From Balanoglossus misakiensis (Eukaryota > Animalia > Hemichordata): a stretch of DNA of 64,000 nucleotides. Below the pieces are notes generated by a model. It had not been told where the DNA came from. It saw only the letters and a program-made list of their open reading frames with translations, and did not search any database. How positions within the stretch are numbered: position 1 is the stretch's first letter; each line of letters starts with the position of its first letter. The translations under genes were made by a program, and so were the position numbers. This document shows positions 11,355-24,790 of the stretch, in pieces. The stretch is taken from the NCBI GenBank assembly GCA_040954595.2, contig CM082576.2, positions 2,268,760-2,332,759 of the forward strand, in the 5' to 3' direction.

Positions 11355-13427
11355 ATGACTGCACTCCGACCGATCTCTTGGACTCGAAACCAGACTGGCG
11401 CGAAGTTATGGTACATTCTGGTTTACACTTTCGTCAATCTGTGCGATTCAAGCCACCTGCCCGATATGACGACCCTGACTTACTCGCGACCCGGGGACCT
11501 CGTTCTGGCCGGCATGTTTTCGGTGCACGAATTCGGTGCCGATCGTCGGTGCACGGACCTTCGTGAGTTTGGCGTGCTGCAAAAGATGGAGGCGATGGTG
11601 TTCGCCATCGATAAAATCAACCAACGGGAAGACCTCCTGCCCAACATCACTCTCGGTTTTCAAATCTACGACGACTGCGGTTTCGAGGACACCGCCTCTT
11701 TTATCGCCATGTCGCTTCGGGAGCACACCTGTGCAGACGGCGGCAGCTCCGACCAAAATGCCACGAAAAATATTGTGGGTGTGGTCGGAACGGAGTGGAG
11801 TTCGACGACCATACCATCCAATAAAATCCTCAACTTGTTACACATTCCGCAGATCAGTTACTACGCGACCAGTGACGAACTCAGCGACAAGAATCGATTT
11901 CCGTTTTTCCTGCGCACAGTACCCCCAGATCGCATGCAAGTCCAAGCCATAATCGATTTGTTGTTGCACTTCGGTTGGACGTACATCTCGACGGTGAACT
12001 CGGGTGAAAGTTACGCGCAGAACGGGATCAAGTACCTGACAAACGAGGTTGCCAAGCACGGCATCTGCATAGCCGTCTCCCTGGAAGTCTCGCGTTTCAA
12101 CGACAACACAGACAGCATCGTGCGCACTTTACGGAAGCACGGAAACGCCAAAGTCGTCGTCGTGTTTTCCGTGCCGCTGGAAGCAAATCTGTTTCTCAGG
12201 GCGGTCCGCAGAGCAGATGCGGCGGATGAGTTCATCTGGATCGCTAGCGACGCCTGGGGGCCAAACTTGCACCTGTACGGGAACCTACCGGCGGCAGCTG
12301 GCGGGTTTTTCATCAAGCTGTACAGCCAGGCAGTTCCGGAATTCGAAGAATACTTCAAGGGTCTGCACCAGCAAACCGAACAGAGTAACCCGTGGGTTGC
12401 GGAATTCTTGGAGAATTACGCAAACTGCACGCTCTTGGACTCTTGCGTAGAGGACCCTTATCCCCCGGGGTTCAGCAAATCCAGCCTGGTCTCCCTGGTG
12501 ATTGACGCCGTTTACACTTTCGCTTACGGACTGGAAGCATGGAGGAACCAGACCTGCGCAGGTGCAGCCGCGGCCAGCTGTTCTGCGATGGACCACATCG
12601 AAGCAGGCGACATAATCGATCATCTAAAATCTGTTTCTTTCGAGGGCACGACGGGCCCCATTAGTTTCGACGAAAACGGCGACATCCGCGGAAAGTACAT
12701 CTTCAAGACTTTGAAAGAGTTGGACGGGTCTTATGAGTTCGTCACCCTCGGCACGTGGGACGCGAGGAAGGAGTCGGACAGATTGGACCTCAACGACAGC
12801 GAGATTCACTGGAACTTCAGTAGTTCAACTGACGGCAACCGTATTCCCGAATCGGTGTGCAGCTACCCGTGTCTGGCGGGCCACTTTCTCATCCCAGGGT
12901 CCTCTCCGTGTTGCTGGGAATGCTTCGAATGCGACGAAGACGAAATCACGTCGAACGGTTCTCGGTGCCAAAAGTGCCCGCGCCTCTATTGGCCCAATGC
13001 AAACTTCACGGAGTGTGAGCCGATGCCGCCGGTGTACCTCCGCTGGAGCGATGCCTGGGGAATCGGTCTGGCCGCCATGGCCGGGCTCGGAACTGCGGTC
13101 ACCATTGCCGTTACGGCTATCTACATCAAGTATCGAGGCAGGACTCTAATCAAAGCATCGGGGCGCGAACTCAGCTTCATGATTCTTTTCGGTGTCTTGC
13201 TGTCCTTTCAGATGGTTTTCCTCTACGTCAGAAAACCGACCGACGCCGCGTGTGTCATGCGCCGCCTCGGATATAGCGTGAGCTGCATATTGCTGTACGC
13301 TCCGCTGTTGACCAAAGTAAATAGGATTTTTCGTATATTTGAAGCTGGTAAAAAATCCACCAAACGGCCTCGTCTAATCAGTCCCAAATCACAGGTTGTC
13401 ATAGCTACCATATTGATCATGATACAG
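11355..13427 (+). CDS. Class C GPCR, metabotropic glutamate receptor-like, coding exon 1 (Venus flytrap, 9-Cys domain, TM1 to TM4)
   Basis: Motifs GDLVLAGMFSVH, EAMVFAIDKIN, LLPNITLG, PQISYYATSDELSDK, FLRTVPPD, WIASDAW, nine-Cys PESVCS...CCWEC...WPNANFTEC, IKASGRELS, LLTKVNRIFRIF. Phase-0 donor CAG|gtaagt at 13427. Confidence 0.93.
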
Positions 13428-13522
13428 GTAAGTCAGTTTATGATGAGTCTTGTGATAGTTTTAGATAAATAAACATTTCTCCCTTTCCCTCCCACCTTTC
13501 TCCAAGCTCCCTTCTCAGTCAG

Positions 13523-13523
<1 letters not shown>

Positions 13524-13553
<30 letters not shown>
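13524..13553. repeat. poly(C) followed by (CT)n microsatellite in the GPCR intron
   Basis: ccccccccc ctctctctctctctctctc seen directly. Confidence 0.85.
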
Positions 13554-15114
13554 AAAATTCTCACTCTCTCCCCGATGTTGTTATTCAGACAACATCCCTT
13601 AGAAATGACTAATTTCGGTCTCGTAAAATGAAATGTTCATTATTGTTATTCTTCTTTGGAATGACGTGATGGTTCACGGGAATGACTGAAATATTCTGCG
13701 CATGACAGAGGACTAACCCAGGGCAGTAATTTCTCGATTTCACCGCGATGATGACTCAAATCACTCGACGATAATTCTGCAGTAAATTTATTTACGATCA
13801 GTACATGACGTAAAATACCGAAACTTTATGCACGTACTTTGTGGAAAGTAATCTGAAAATTCCATTGGACTTTATGTGCTCACACAGGCATCTCCCTTGT
13901 GTCGCGACTCCCAATTACTTGTAGAAAAGCCACTCGCGTATAAGAACAAACCGGGATCCGAGGTCAAACGAGCGACCACCGCTGACCTGACCGGCGCGTC
14001 TTCACACACATACTGCGGAAAACCATTTTGCTTTAATAGCAAACAGGTTTAATCTGTCGTATTACCTCATAACTTCTTTTATTGGTAAGTCTGTCCTCGT
14101 CAATAACTATCCAAGGTATCGACATTGATTCCGCCGCACCCCTGGACGCTAACTTAATACCGACAGGATCAGCTGAACTCCAACTGACTTACTGTCCCTG
14201 TGAATTTCAGTTTTTCACGAAAATTATCACGGAGAAATTTAAACTATTGTCAAGCCATTTTCAAAATCTTAATATCGTGAAGTTGTTCCACTCGTGTTAA
14301 CGGTCATCGTCCGCTCGCACACGGGTCGTTAGTTCGACTAGACCTTGGCGGGCGAAGATGGTTAACGGTGTATGAAGTGATGGCGATTTAGGATGTATTC
14401 AAGGCAAGACTTTTCTGTAGAGACTATAGACGTTTGCTGGGATGCAATCTCTTTAATCGGTGATGGGGACGCAATATGGCCATTCAGGTGTTTGTATCTG
14501 ATCCATAATCATTTAAGTACTAACATTAAACGGCGGAAACAAGATATGTCATATCACATGATATGTACACCAACTCAATTAAAATGTCAACTGTCGTCGC
14601 TCGCGATGTTTAAATTTATCTCACGCGCACAGCACCAGGCCTATAGTCGAGTTTGTCCCAGTCTTCTCAGAAGATGGCAAGAAAGTCTCCTTTGAATTTC
14701 CTTTGACTTTGCTCAATACTTATTCATTAAACACAATCTATAAATGATGCCATAAAAGTATTCATTATTTGCTCAGCAATATACTCTGTCAGTGGTCGTA
14801 TATTATTTAATATGTGAATGGTCAATTTTTATGCGAATCTGTTGCGCTGCACACTCCTTTAATTTGGTACAGATAATAATACATTTGTAAAGTAGGGTTT
14901 ACAATAAAATAAACTTATTTTAGTGTCGGCTTTTCCCTTGTATTGAATCTCGCACTCTCTGCAGCTCTGCGACCAGCACGCATATTTTGCAGATTGAAAT
15001 CATCGCGGCCTAATCAGTGAACGCTTTTATTTATCAACCAGGCTGTTTATCAACAGAATATCACTTTCCAACAGAAATAACCACAGTCTTCCACGTGGTT
15101 CTCATTTCTTGCAG

Positions 15115-15534
15115 GTAGTCATCAGTGTGTCTTTCGTGATATACGAACCGCCGAAGGCGAGCTACGTCCCGTCGATCACCCGGAAAGCGCACGCCGAGCT
15201 GCTGTGCAACATACTGACGTCAGAGGTCATCGCCTCGTTCACCTACAACACCGTTCTGCTCGTCCTCTGCTGCTTCTACGCCTTCAAGACGCGGCACCTG
15301 CCCAACAATTACAACGAGTCGCGCTTCATCGCCTTCTGCGTCTACACCACCTTGGTGATCAGCCTGGCCTACATCCCCACTTTCTTCGCCATCAACGACT
15401 CCAGCATCAGGGTCATCATCCTCTCCTTGGCAACCATGCTGAACGCCGTCATCATGCTCACTTTCCTCTACGTGCCCAAGATATACGCCGTACACTTCGT
15501 GCAGGACGTTAAGGTGGAGTCGCTACCGTCGTAG
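15115..15534 (+). CDS. Class C GPCR coding exon 2 (rest of TM4 to TM7, short tail); total protein 830 aa
   Basis: tttcttgcag acceptor, phase 0. Reads YNTVLLVLCCFYAFKTRHLPNNYNESRFIAFCVYTT...LYVPKIY, the class C TM5-TM7 signatures. Confidence 0.93.
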   Translation, partial: VVISVSFVIYEPPKASYVPSITRKAHAELLCNILTSEVIASFTYNTVLLVLCCFYAFKTRHLPNNYNESRFIAFCVYTTLVISLAYIPTFFAINDSSIRVIILSLATMLNAVIMLTFLYVPKIYAVHFVQDVKVESLPS

Positions 15535-15544
15535 CCGAGAGAAC

Positions 15545-15558
15545 GCTGCCATAGCAAC
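15545..15558. promoter_or_regulatory. RFX X-box-like motif about 2 kb upstream of DNAAF2
   Basis: GCTGCCATAGCAAC fits the X-box pattern GYYRCCATRGCAAC; function untested. Confidence 0.35.
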
Positions 15559-17608
15559 ATCAGCCGCTCTATACACGATTTTGTAAATATATACACATTT
15601 CCGTCGTGTCTGCGAATGCACAAAATTTACAATATCTACTTTTATCAAAAAGTATTTTTAAACGAATTTTCGGTATAATTTACTAGAATTACATTAGTCC
15701 GTGATAAAAATGTTAAATTTTATTGTGGTCTTATTGACTTTCCCCAAGGCGTTCGAAACAGTTGAACGTCAGAGACTTTGGTATGTACCGCTGAAGGGTG
15801 GTATCGGTGGTAAACTGTTCAAAATGTTAAATGCCATGTAGGAGACGTTAAATCTTGCGTACGAACAAACATGGTTATTTCAAATGTCTTGACCCCTTTC
15901 CTTTTTGCTTTTTCATTAACGAGTTTCATGATATTCAAAATAGCGGAGCATGGGATACACCTCTTCCCGGACCAAAAGATGACGTTGTACTTTTTTCTGA
16001 GGCTGTTTTTGGTTTACAACGCCTGTTGCACTGTTTATTAAAAATAAATTGAAAAGTACAGTAAATTTGAAAAATACAAGGTTGTTGTATTCATATATAG
16101 TCTAGAGATTATCTTCATGCCAAGAGTGTAAACAAACAAGGAAAGAATATCGGATCCCAGTCTCTTGATTGGATTGGGAAACTCAATTTAAACATGGTTT
16201 TACGAAGAGACACACGTTCCCGACGTGAAACAGACTTTCAGCCTATATAGTATTGGCGTATGCAAACAAAAAGGGAAATCATTTAAGTCAGGGAACAACG
16301 ATGCCTGTGGCGATCTGGCTATCACGTTGTGAATGCCTTAATAATTTATATTGTAAGAAACACTCTAATAAAAAATTGATGGATATTATTAACGCCGTGG
16401 GATCGCTAGATTAAGTGTAATTTGAATCGATTTTAATGGCAAACTTCCGGCATAATCACTAACAGGATAACTTTCTTAAAAATAGGATGTAATTATTCGT
16501 GAATTGGAGGGTCCAAGAGAAAGGCGCCCGCTGTCAATAATTTTCTAACAGCTTGTCGGATACACCGAGCAACGCGGTTTATGAGACTAATTCTAACAAC
16601 AACTTCCTCTCAGGAGAAGACCTTCATTGGACGAATATCTATAAAAGCTGTAATAATGACCTCTTTCATATATTTGATGTAATTGATACTGGCAATGACG
16701 CAGTTAGATTTGTAGACGTTTGTGCAAAAATGGGGTTTGTTGCCCATTTACAGCGTCAATGACCAACCTCTTTTTACCTGTGGAAACGCGTGAGGGGTTG
16801 GGATGCTGATTCCCTCACGAAGCCTATGCCATTTCAATGGTCTTTCCTAAAATAGTTAACCAAGAGGTTGAATACCCACATCTACACTCCATCGGCCGTT
16901 TTGTCAGAGGTATGTAGTAAAAAAACCCACAATTTTATTAATGATATTAAATAGAAGTTCTGACAATTTCTTGGGTGTGTACGTATGGTGTAGTTACGCA
17001 GCGTTGTGCATTCGATGGTTTTGTAAAAAGCGCCCCCTTGAGTTATGAATTCCACGCCACGAGAAACTTCAGAAGGTGTTGACCGTTTTCTCAGGTTCGG
17101 CCAACGTTTTTCACGAACGCGATCATGAATTCCAACATGTATGCCCTGTATTAAATTTTACTGTAAAACATTCGAAATCAGGAAATTACACGTTGTGTAT
17201 GCGTACGACGATTTATACTGTGGTATCCCCATGGTAGCTCTATCTAGGTCATGGTAGCTTCTGGAATTTAAAAGTTTGTATGGTTTCGGTCAGACGTGGC
17301 CCTTTATGTTCGCAAACCTCTGCACAGCGGACGAGCAACACAAGGCCGCTCGTCGGAAGGAGGCACTATTTGGAAGTCCTCTAATGAAACCCTAAATTTG
17401 TTATGTAATAAATATCGGCGTAACTGACTTTAAGATTGCTAAATGCACAATGTTCAGAACACCGTTTACTTTTAAAAACGCAAAAGACCACAAAAATGTA
17501 GTTTTTCCTCAGTAAAATACAGATCCCAACTATGAGGGCGGTATCACTTGACGACCAATTTGAACATAGTTGGGGAGTTTGTTTATGTTGCTGCCAGGAG
17601 GTTTCAAC

Positions 17609-19399
17609 ATGGCGTCCACGAGAGAAGATTTCGATATCACGAAAGATGAAGTGGAACGGCTGGCTAAGGCCTTTAAGGATGATGAATTTCGAAAATTGTT
17701 TCAAGAGTATGCTGAAGAAATTTCAGATCCCGAAAACCGGAGAAAGTATGAAGAAGAAATCAAACAAATGGAAATGGACCGTGGTATGGACGTCAAGTTT
17801 ATACACCCAAAGCCTTGTTACGTCTTGAAAACGAGTGTTAACGGCGACAAGAAAGCGTTCATAAATATATGCTCGAACGACTACGTTGGTAAGCCTTCAA
17901 CGAAGCCTTCGGTGCGTGAGAACGACGAGGGAAAGACGAAGAGAGGTATGGATTGGTCGATTCCTTACAGTCTTACGCCCCCTCGTGATGACCTCGACAA
18001 AGCTCGTAACAGGTGTGTTGTGTACGATTGTGTCTTTCACCCGGACACAACTCGAATGGCCGACACCAACCAGAGGTTTCGAAACATGATCAACGACACG
18101 GCCCTCGACGGTATCGAGAGGCAGTTTCAGGTGAAGCTGGACAGGAACAATATCAAAATGCCCAAAATGAACTATAAAGGAACGCCCACCCCGAGCATTG
18201 TTCGAAGTGCAAAACCAGATGGTCCTACAGGTGTGCAGGATGGCTTTGACGCCCTCAACATACCGTACCCCTATTCAGAAGAAGAATTGCAGGCAGGGGA
18301 GGAAAAGTCCAACAAGACTGCGAAAAGTGCAACAAAAATCTCGGGGAACAGGCAAACTGAGAGAGCGGACGATAATAAAAATACAGGGAAGGCCACCGTA
18401 CCAAAACATACAATAGTACACAGGGGTCATTTCGACATGCAAAACTTCAGAAATGCCCCAGATGCTATGCCCACTACAAGACCGCAAGAGTTAGTCGTCA
18501 GCATCCATTTACCGCTGTTGACATCTGCAAAAACAATAAACTTGGACATCTATGAGCAGAATCTGTCGATGGAATGTGCACAACCAGCCGCATACAGGCT
18601 AGACTTGAAACTGCCGTATAAAGTCAATGAAAGCCAAGGGGGTGCTAAGTTCGATAAGAGCAAGAGATGTCTAATTGTGACATTGCCAGTACTGCTACCC
18701 AAGATTCCCAATCTGCCCTCATTCGCCCCAAAAGAGGAGAAGCAACTTGTCCAGGAAGTAGTCCCGGATGACAAGGATGATGGCAAAGAAAACAGCAGTG
18801 ATGGAGCTGAGGATAAGGAAGACGTCAAAAGGGTGAACGGGGTCACCGAACTCTCCAAGGAACAGGAGCCAAGAGAAACAGAAGAAAAAACATCTCAAAG
18901 CAAGGATAGCAAGGTCATCAGAAATGAGGAAGATAAGGATGCTAATGATGACCAAGATGACACAGCTAGGGACTCATCTCCAGCCACAGCCACAGGTGAG
19001 GAAGTGCAAAGGTCAGAGGACAAACTGCCTGAAGAATCGGATGTGTCAACAAAAACAATGATGGAGAAGATAGACTACCAGTTACCGGACTTCTCTTACA
19101 AACAGGACACACAGACGGTCGTCTTTTACATAGATGTGCCAAACGTGGAAGCAGAAAGCATCAAGAAAGAGCTTGCTGCTGGACTCAGTGGAGTACACGT
19201 TACCATGGAAACCAGAGGAGAGGATGGGGAGGAGAGCCAGCACTACTCATTATGCGTGCAATTTCCGCCCAATTATGGCATCTCTCCAGACGTCGTCTGT
19301 GAAGTGGTCAGTGAACGGGTGATACTGTTACTCAAGAAGACGACTTTCAAGGGCACTTGGAACTCGCTCAAGATTGGGAAGGATGCAGACACACTTGAG
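17609..19399 (+). CDS. DNAAF2: DNAAF2 / kintoun (PF13) exon 1: PIH1 domain, CS domain, acidic linker, second CS-like region
   Basis: Reads MASTREDFDITKDEVERLAKAFKDDEFRKLFQEYAEEISDPENRRKYEEEI, FIHPKPCYVLKT, KAFINICSN, WSIPYSLTP, VYDCVFHPDT, LPYKVNESQGGAKFDKSKRCLIVTLPV, all kintoun motifs. ATG context caacATGG; donor GAG|gttggt. An upstream in-frame ATG exists at 17585. Confidence 0.93.
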
Positions 19400-21653
19400 G
19401 TTGGTGAACTTCACATAACTTTTAATCAAGCGCGCGACACACATAATCAGGGATTGTCTCAATTCTGTGTATTTGGACAGAGATTCTGATTTTGTTTTTT
19501 TAAGACTTAAAGAAACTGTTTGAATGTAGACCACGTGGAGGTGGGGTGAGGGGCCACAATACACCAGCTTGCTCTGCTACAATTTAATGATAAAAAATTA
19601 ATCCCCTTTAAAAACTTTCAGATAATATTACCGGTAAACTAGTTAAAAAGAGTAGTTTGTCAAGAGATTAAATGTACACACCCCAATCAAAGTCCATCTG
19701 CTTTGGGTAACTATAGATTCTTTGCAGCATCTTGCTGTGTCTGCATGAATAGAATGTTGTAAGTTACTTGAGTGGCTTTCCGACTGGACTGTGTTCATTA
19801 GATCAAAAGCTAATGAGTTTGACTCAGCTGCAACTTTGTTACTGTGGAAAATGATGAATTTGTTCTGTATCATCTAAGAGCTGACAAGATTTCAGTTTTT
19901 GTGTCAAAGGTCACACCTGATCTAAAAGGGTGCATGTCTATATATGCAGTGTTCTTTCGTTTTCATGCATCTTGTGATACAACTGTGCTGAGCTCCAATA
20001 GAAAAAAGCTTCTGCTTATCGCAGATGCGAAAATGGTGATTTTGATGGCCACTGTTACTTCAGTGTAAGCTCTCTGGATGAATGTGATTGATACCAGATG
20101 TTGTGTAAAAGCAGCCATATTGAAAAAAAAATGATGTGGAGATTGTGGTGTCTGATGCCAAAATAGTGCGTGGGTAAATATTGCTGATGGTATCCCGGGG
20201 TCATTCTGAGGGCAATCAAACATTCAAAGCTGATTGATCGGGTAGGTGGAATGTTTCCCCATATTGTGACTTTGTCGCTGGTTTCTCTGCCTCGAATTGA
20301 GATACTCTGTGCGCAAAGCTGTGTGTATATTGTACATCTGTGTCTTCATGTCGTGGCTTTATTGATTTAAATAAGTTGAAAGAAATCGTGGAAACTTTAC
20401 CAAAGTAACCCCGCGTTCTTTCATTATATGCATCCAATTTTATGACATTTGTGCAAGCGAGTGAACAGTTCAGACATTATGACGAGGTTTTGCGCTCATC
20501 TCTCACCTTTAATTCAAGAACATCACTTGGGAATTTTAGTTTGATTGAGTCGGGGAAACAAATTGCTTTTTTACTTTGCTTGTCAATTGATAAACTGCAG
20601 AAACCATTCACCGAGAATAAGTATTTGCAACTGAAAAATAATGGGAAAATGTTGCTGGAGCAGTAACATTGCCAGCCATAATCTTTATTTCCAATATTAA
20701 CAAAACATCTGTGACTAAATCCTTATTATTTTTCATTCCAGTTCCACATCAATCTGTAAAAATAGGACAGCCCGTTTTGGGAAAACATTACAAACTACAT
20801 GTACCGTACAGAGTTAGGCTGTTAGTGGGCTACATGTAGATCTCCGTCTGTCAGTTGATGTTTTGTCAACTTACACAAATTTTAACCCATTATATAATGT
20901 ACAAATATGGTATTTACTGTCTAATGGTTTTGTGGTTTCTCACATTCAGTATAACACTTTCACCCCTTGTTCCCTCTGGAGAGGTCCAACTATAGTCCAT
21001 AGAAAACAACTCTATGTCAGTGTCTCCTGTCCATCATTTGAGAAACCCAAAAGAGATGAGATGAGAATTTTGGGGGGACAAAGTCATTGATTCAAAGTGA
21101 CAATTTTTGATATGTACGTAATCATTTTCTTGCCTGCGTGCACATTAAACATACATAACAATGACCATGAATCTTCAGGAAAGCATACGTGTGTACATTA
21201 TTACTTCATTACGACTGTAGAGCTTTGTTGTCGGCTGCAAGGATTTACAGCAAAACGACAGCGAGAGAACTGTTAATAGCGCTAATAGGCACCCAGTGGG
21301 AGGAGTTGCAAAAGGGAACTTGAAAATTAATCCCCGGGAGAATCTTGCTGCTGCGGAGATTGACTCTTGACATTCTGCATGCATCAATCACAGCTGATAG
21401 ATTCCCGGTATGACCGTATCAGACTTCAGAGATGCTATTTCTGTGACAGAAAATTGCCACTTAAGTGGTTATCTTGTCAATCAGCCTGGACCATTATCAT
21501 TTCACTTATCCCAGTCATGACTCCTCTTTTTCCATACATGTAGGTGTTTAGGGGGACGTAGACACTGTCCATCAGCTGCTTGTCACTCCACTGTGTGCGC
21601 ACGTACAGAGTTTCCTTCAGGACTGAGTCGTTGTTTGTCGTTTGGTTTTGCAG

Positions 21654-21800
21654 GAGAGAAGTTTCCTGACGGCCGAAGGTCTGGAGAGCACCATCAATTC
21701 TATAGTGGAGAGGACGTTGGATGATTCCAGTAAACCGCACCAGTCTGTGAGCTTGGAAGTTACAGCAGCCACTGACGAAAAATTTGTTTTCGAGCTACAG
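21654..21800 (+). CDS. DNAAF2: DNAAF2 exon 2
   Basis: ttttgcag acceptor and CAG|gtgaga donor; 147 nt, phase 0/0. ERSFLTAEGLESTINSIVE...LEVTAATDEKFVFELQ resembles the short middle exon of vertebrate DNAAF2. Confidence 0.8.
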
Positions 21801-24508
21801 GTGAGAATTCTTTGCTGTACCGATGTTTAGCGCCGGTAGTGTGCAAGTGTATTTATGACTTTGAAGTCTCACAATATGATCCAGTATGGCTGACTGGTAC
21901 ATGTACATGTATCCATTATGGCAGATCCGTAACTGAGCCATTGTCATCAACTGATCACCACAGGATGACGTGGAGCAGTTCATCATCTGGTTAACTGAAA
22001 CCATATTTCTGTGACGGTTGTTAAATCCTGGCTCTGTCACCTTTGTCATTTGCGTCTAAGATTTCTTGCAGAAGTGACGTGTGTTGCCGATGCCTAATTG
22101 ACTCTCAGGGCTGTATTTCTGAGATCCTGGCTGCATAATTACTCTGTTTGTCATCGCTGGCTGCTGCATGTCGCCAAATTAAACCGCAGTATCAGTCATT
22201 ATAGGCCGGGTATGGTTTTCTACCCTGGCGAAGTCCTTACCGCACAAAAAGATACTCAGGTGACCCTTATGAGAAATCAAAGTCTGTGGCTGATAATTGT
22301 GCTGCACACAATGGATCTAAAGTACATGTAGCATCTGTGCTTGGGTTGTTACGAGTTGCTGCGGATGAGTTGAGCATTTTAAGCCTGTATTGCATTCAAC
22401 TTCCATTTCCAACAGAGACACAGTATGTGTTGATGTAACAGAATACCTAATAACTTTTAGCCGTAAGTCACACAATTTGGGCGTTGATAACCAGGCTTTG
22501 CTAGAGAAATTCAGTGCATAGTAAAAAAAACTTGTAAAATCATGTAAAATTTAAAGTCATATGGATATTGCAATGCTATCTTATTAGGTGAAGGAACTGT
22601 CATCGTGAATGTTTTAGATGCCTTGAAGACATGCACCAGGAAATCAAAAATATTAAAATTTGATTTTTCCTGGCTACACAACTGCAGGGTATTTGGTGGT
22701 GGGTGCGTGGGGGGGGGGGGGGGGGGAGTCTGATGATTAATTTTGCCCTGCTTTAATATCAGATTCTGTCAGAAATCTTGGTTTAATTCATCAAGGAGAG
22801 TGGGTACGCAGTTGATGGAACTGAGTGATGTCATGTATGATAATAGTGGATCACTCAGAATGTTGCGCCCCAGCATACAGATTCGAGAGAGCTGAATAAG
22901 AAAGATGCACAATTTTGACTTATGAGCAGAGCTGATTTTTTTTACAAAGGAAAAGTTGGGAGATGATTTTAAGTCTTTGGTGCTATTTCTCTCTATCCAT
23001 ACAAAACACGTCACTGTGCATACAGTCCTACAGTTTGAGGATGATGTATTCTCTGCAGTTCGTCCGGGCAACAAAAGTAGGTTGCCTGGACATTTGACGG
23101 ATGTTATCATCTCCTAAATGGATACAACTTTCTCCCCTCTATCTCTCCAGGCTGTTGTAAATCCTGGTATACCCCCCTGAGTTGCTGTAAATAATTTGTT
23201 TTCCATTGCTAGCAGTGAAGCCATTCTCTCATTGATTGATTGAAAAAATGGTTGCCATGGTAATTTATGTCATTGACTCGTTACTGAGTGACTTGGGTTA
23301 TCTTGTCACTGACATTTCCTGTTGTTGCCCTATATCAGTGTTTTCCCTTTGAATTGAGATTTTATTTAATATTATTTTTTAGCACAGATTTTCAGTTTGT
23401 GTGGTTAATTCTCGCTTAATCTCTGCAGCTAGCTGCACCATCCTGTGTACCTAACAGTTCAGTGTTCCACTTTCCAAAGGCTGCCAATACCCTCGGTGCG
23501 GGCAGAATCACCTTTACATATATACAATGTACGGTCCTTAACCACTATCTGGGTGCAATTAAGTATCAGCACATCTGTCAAAACATCTGTCCGTTCGGTG
23601 AATCCGTCCCTAATGTTACAAAAGTCTTGGTGACAGTGCAGAGTGCAATTATTAACGCGGTCGTGTTTTCCCTGTCAGAGAGATAGTCACCTTAATCTCT
23701 GCAGGGATTTATTGGCTGAAGATGTAAACCTGACCTTGTGGATCTGACGCTTCTACGCAACATGCAGGGACTGATTTATAAAATCAAACCCACAGTGTAG
23801 TCTACACGAGCATTGTATCATATCAGAACAAAAAAATGCTGACTGGTTACCCAGTAATTTGATCACTTGCAGTTCTATTAAAGAAGAAACCGACAGTTTG
23901 TGTAATCTAAACAGTTTTAATTTGATACAAAAAGGGAGTTATGTGCCTATATTGCACACTTTTCGTACATTTGAGCTGTTCAAGTGAGATTGAATTATTG
24001 TTGTATGAAAAAAGAATGGGATTCTGGTCATGATTACTTGTCGATTGGGGGACTCTGCTTTTAATAGAAATTCAGATTTCATGGCGGCCCCCAATGGGGG
24101 GAAGTTGTTAGTGGTTGCACTGATGGAGTAATTGCACGCAGGAGTTGATGTCTTCATCTGTAATCTCGTTTTCACACTCTTGAGTCTTGAAATTGTCTGC
24201 TAAGCCATGAAAACTTGCAAGGCTGGCATTTGTAGTGTGGGGTCCCATTCACGCTAAGTTAAAGGGTGAGGAACAACGAACATGCACCTGGGGAGTCTTT
24301 TCAGATCGTTCTGTTTTGGAGAGAACTGGAGTTTCTCATTTGCTGTGATCTCACATTTATATCACAGGAAGACAGACTTGGACATATTTTTTGCCGTTTT
24401 CTGAAAATGGTTTTCTCCCCCTGACCACATCTTTTGACCCACCTCTTTAAATTACACCAAATTGACGGCATCTCTAACCCACTTTTCTGAGTAAGTATTG
24501 AAGTAGGG

Positions 24509-24522
24509 GTTACCATGGCAAC
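24509..24522. promoter_or_regulatory. RFX X-box motif in DNAAF2 intron 2
   Basis: GTTACCATGGCAAC is a full match to GTNRCC-N2-RGYAAC. A second near match, GTTGCCATGGTAAT, lies at 23251-23264. Confidence 0.4.
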
Positions 24523-24790
24523 CATTAGTGAGTGATTGCCGAGCCACGCTGTGTGTTTGGTCATCAGCGAGGGGCACGCTATAAATACTTTGGAGATGGG
24601 GAATGTTTTTTTTATTGATGGGCTTTGCTCATTTAACAACAGCCAAACAGGTGAGATATTCTGCTTGCATGCAACGCGGCCAGGTTGCCTCTCTGTGTAT
24701 GTGTGGTTATGTGTGCGAGTGTAAAAGCATCCAAATTGAATGCCGTTTATTAACAATTAACCTTCTCTCCATTCTCTGCGTTTTAAACAG

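Noticed and set aside
11282-13420. Overlapping alternative-frame and antisense ORFs over the GPCR exon
   Set aside because: Expected shadows of a GC-rich coding exon.
13719-14200. Possible TIR pair cagggcagtaa / ttactgtccctg in the GPCR intron
   Set aside because: The match is short, contains an indel and has no TSD.
14296-14367. Imperfect hairpin gttaac...cgctcgc / gcgggcgaagatggttaac
   Set aside because: Too degenerate to assign; probably an old repeat remnant.
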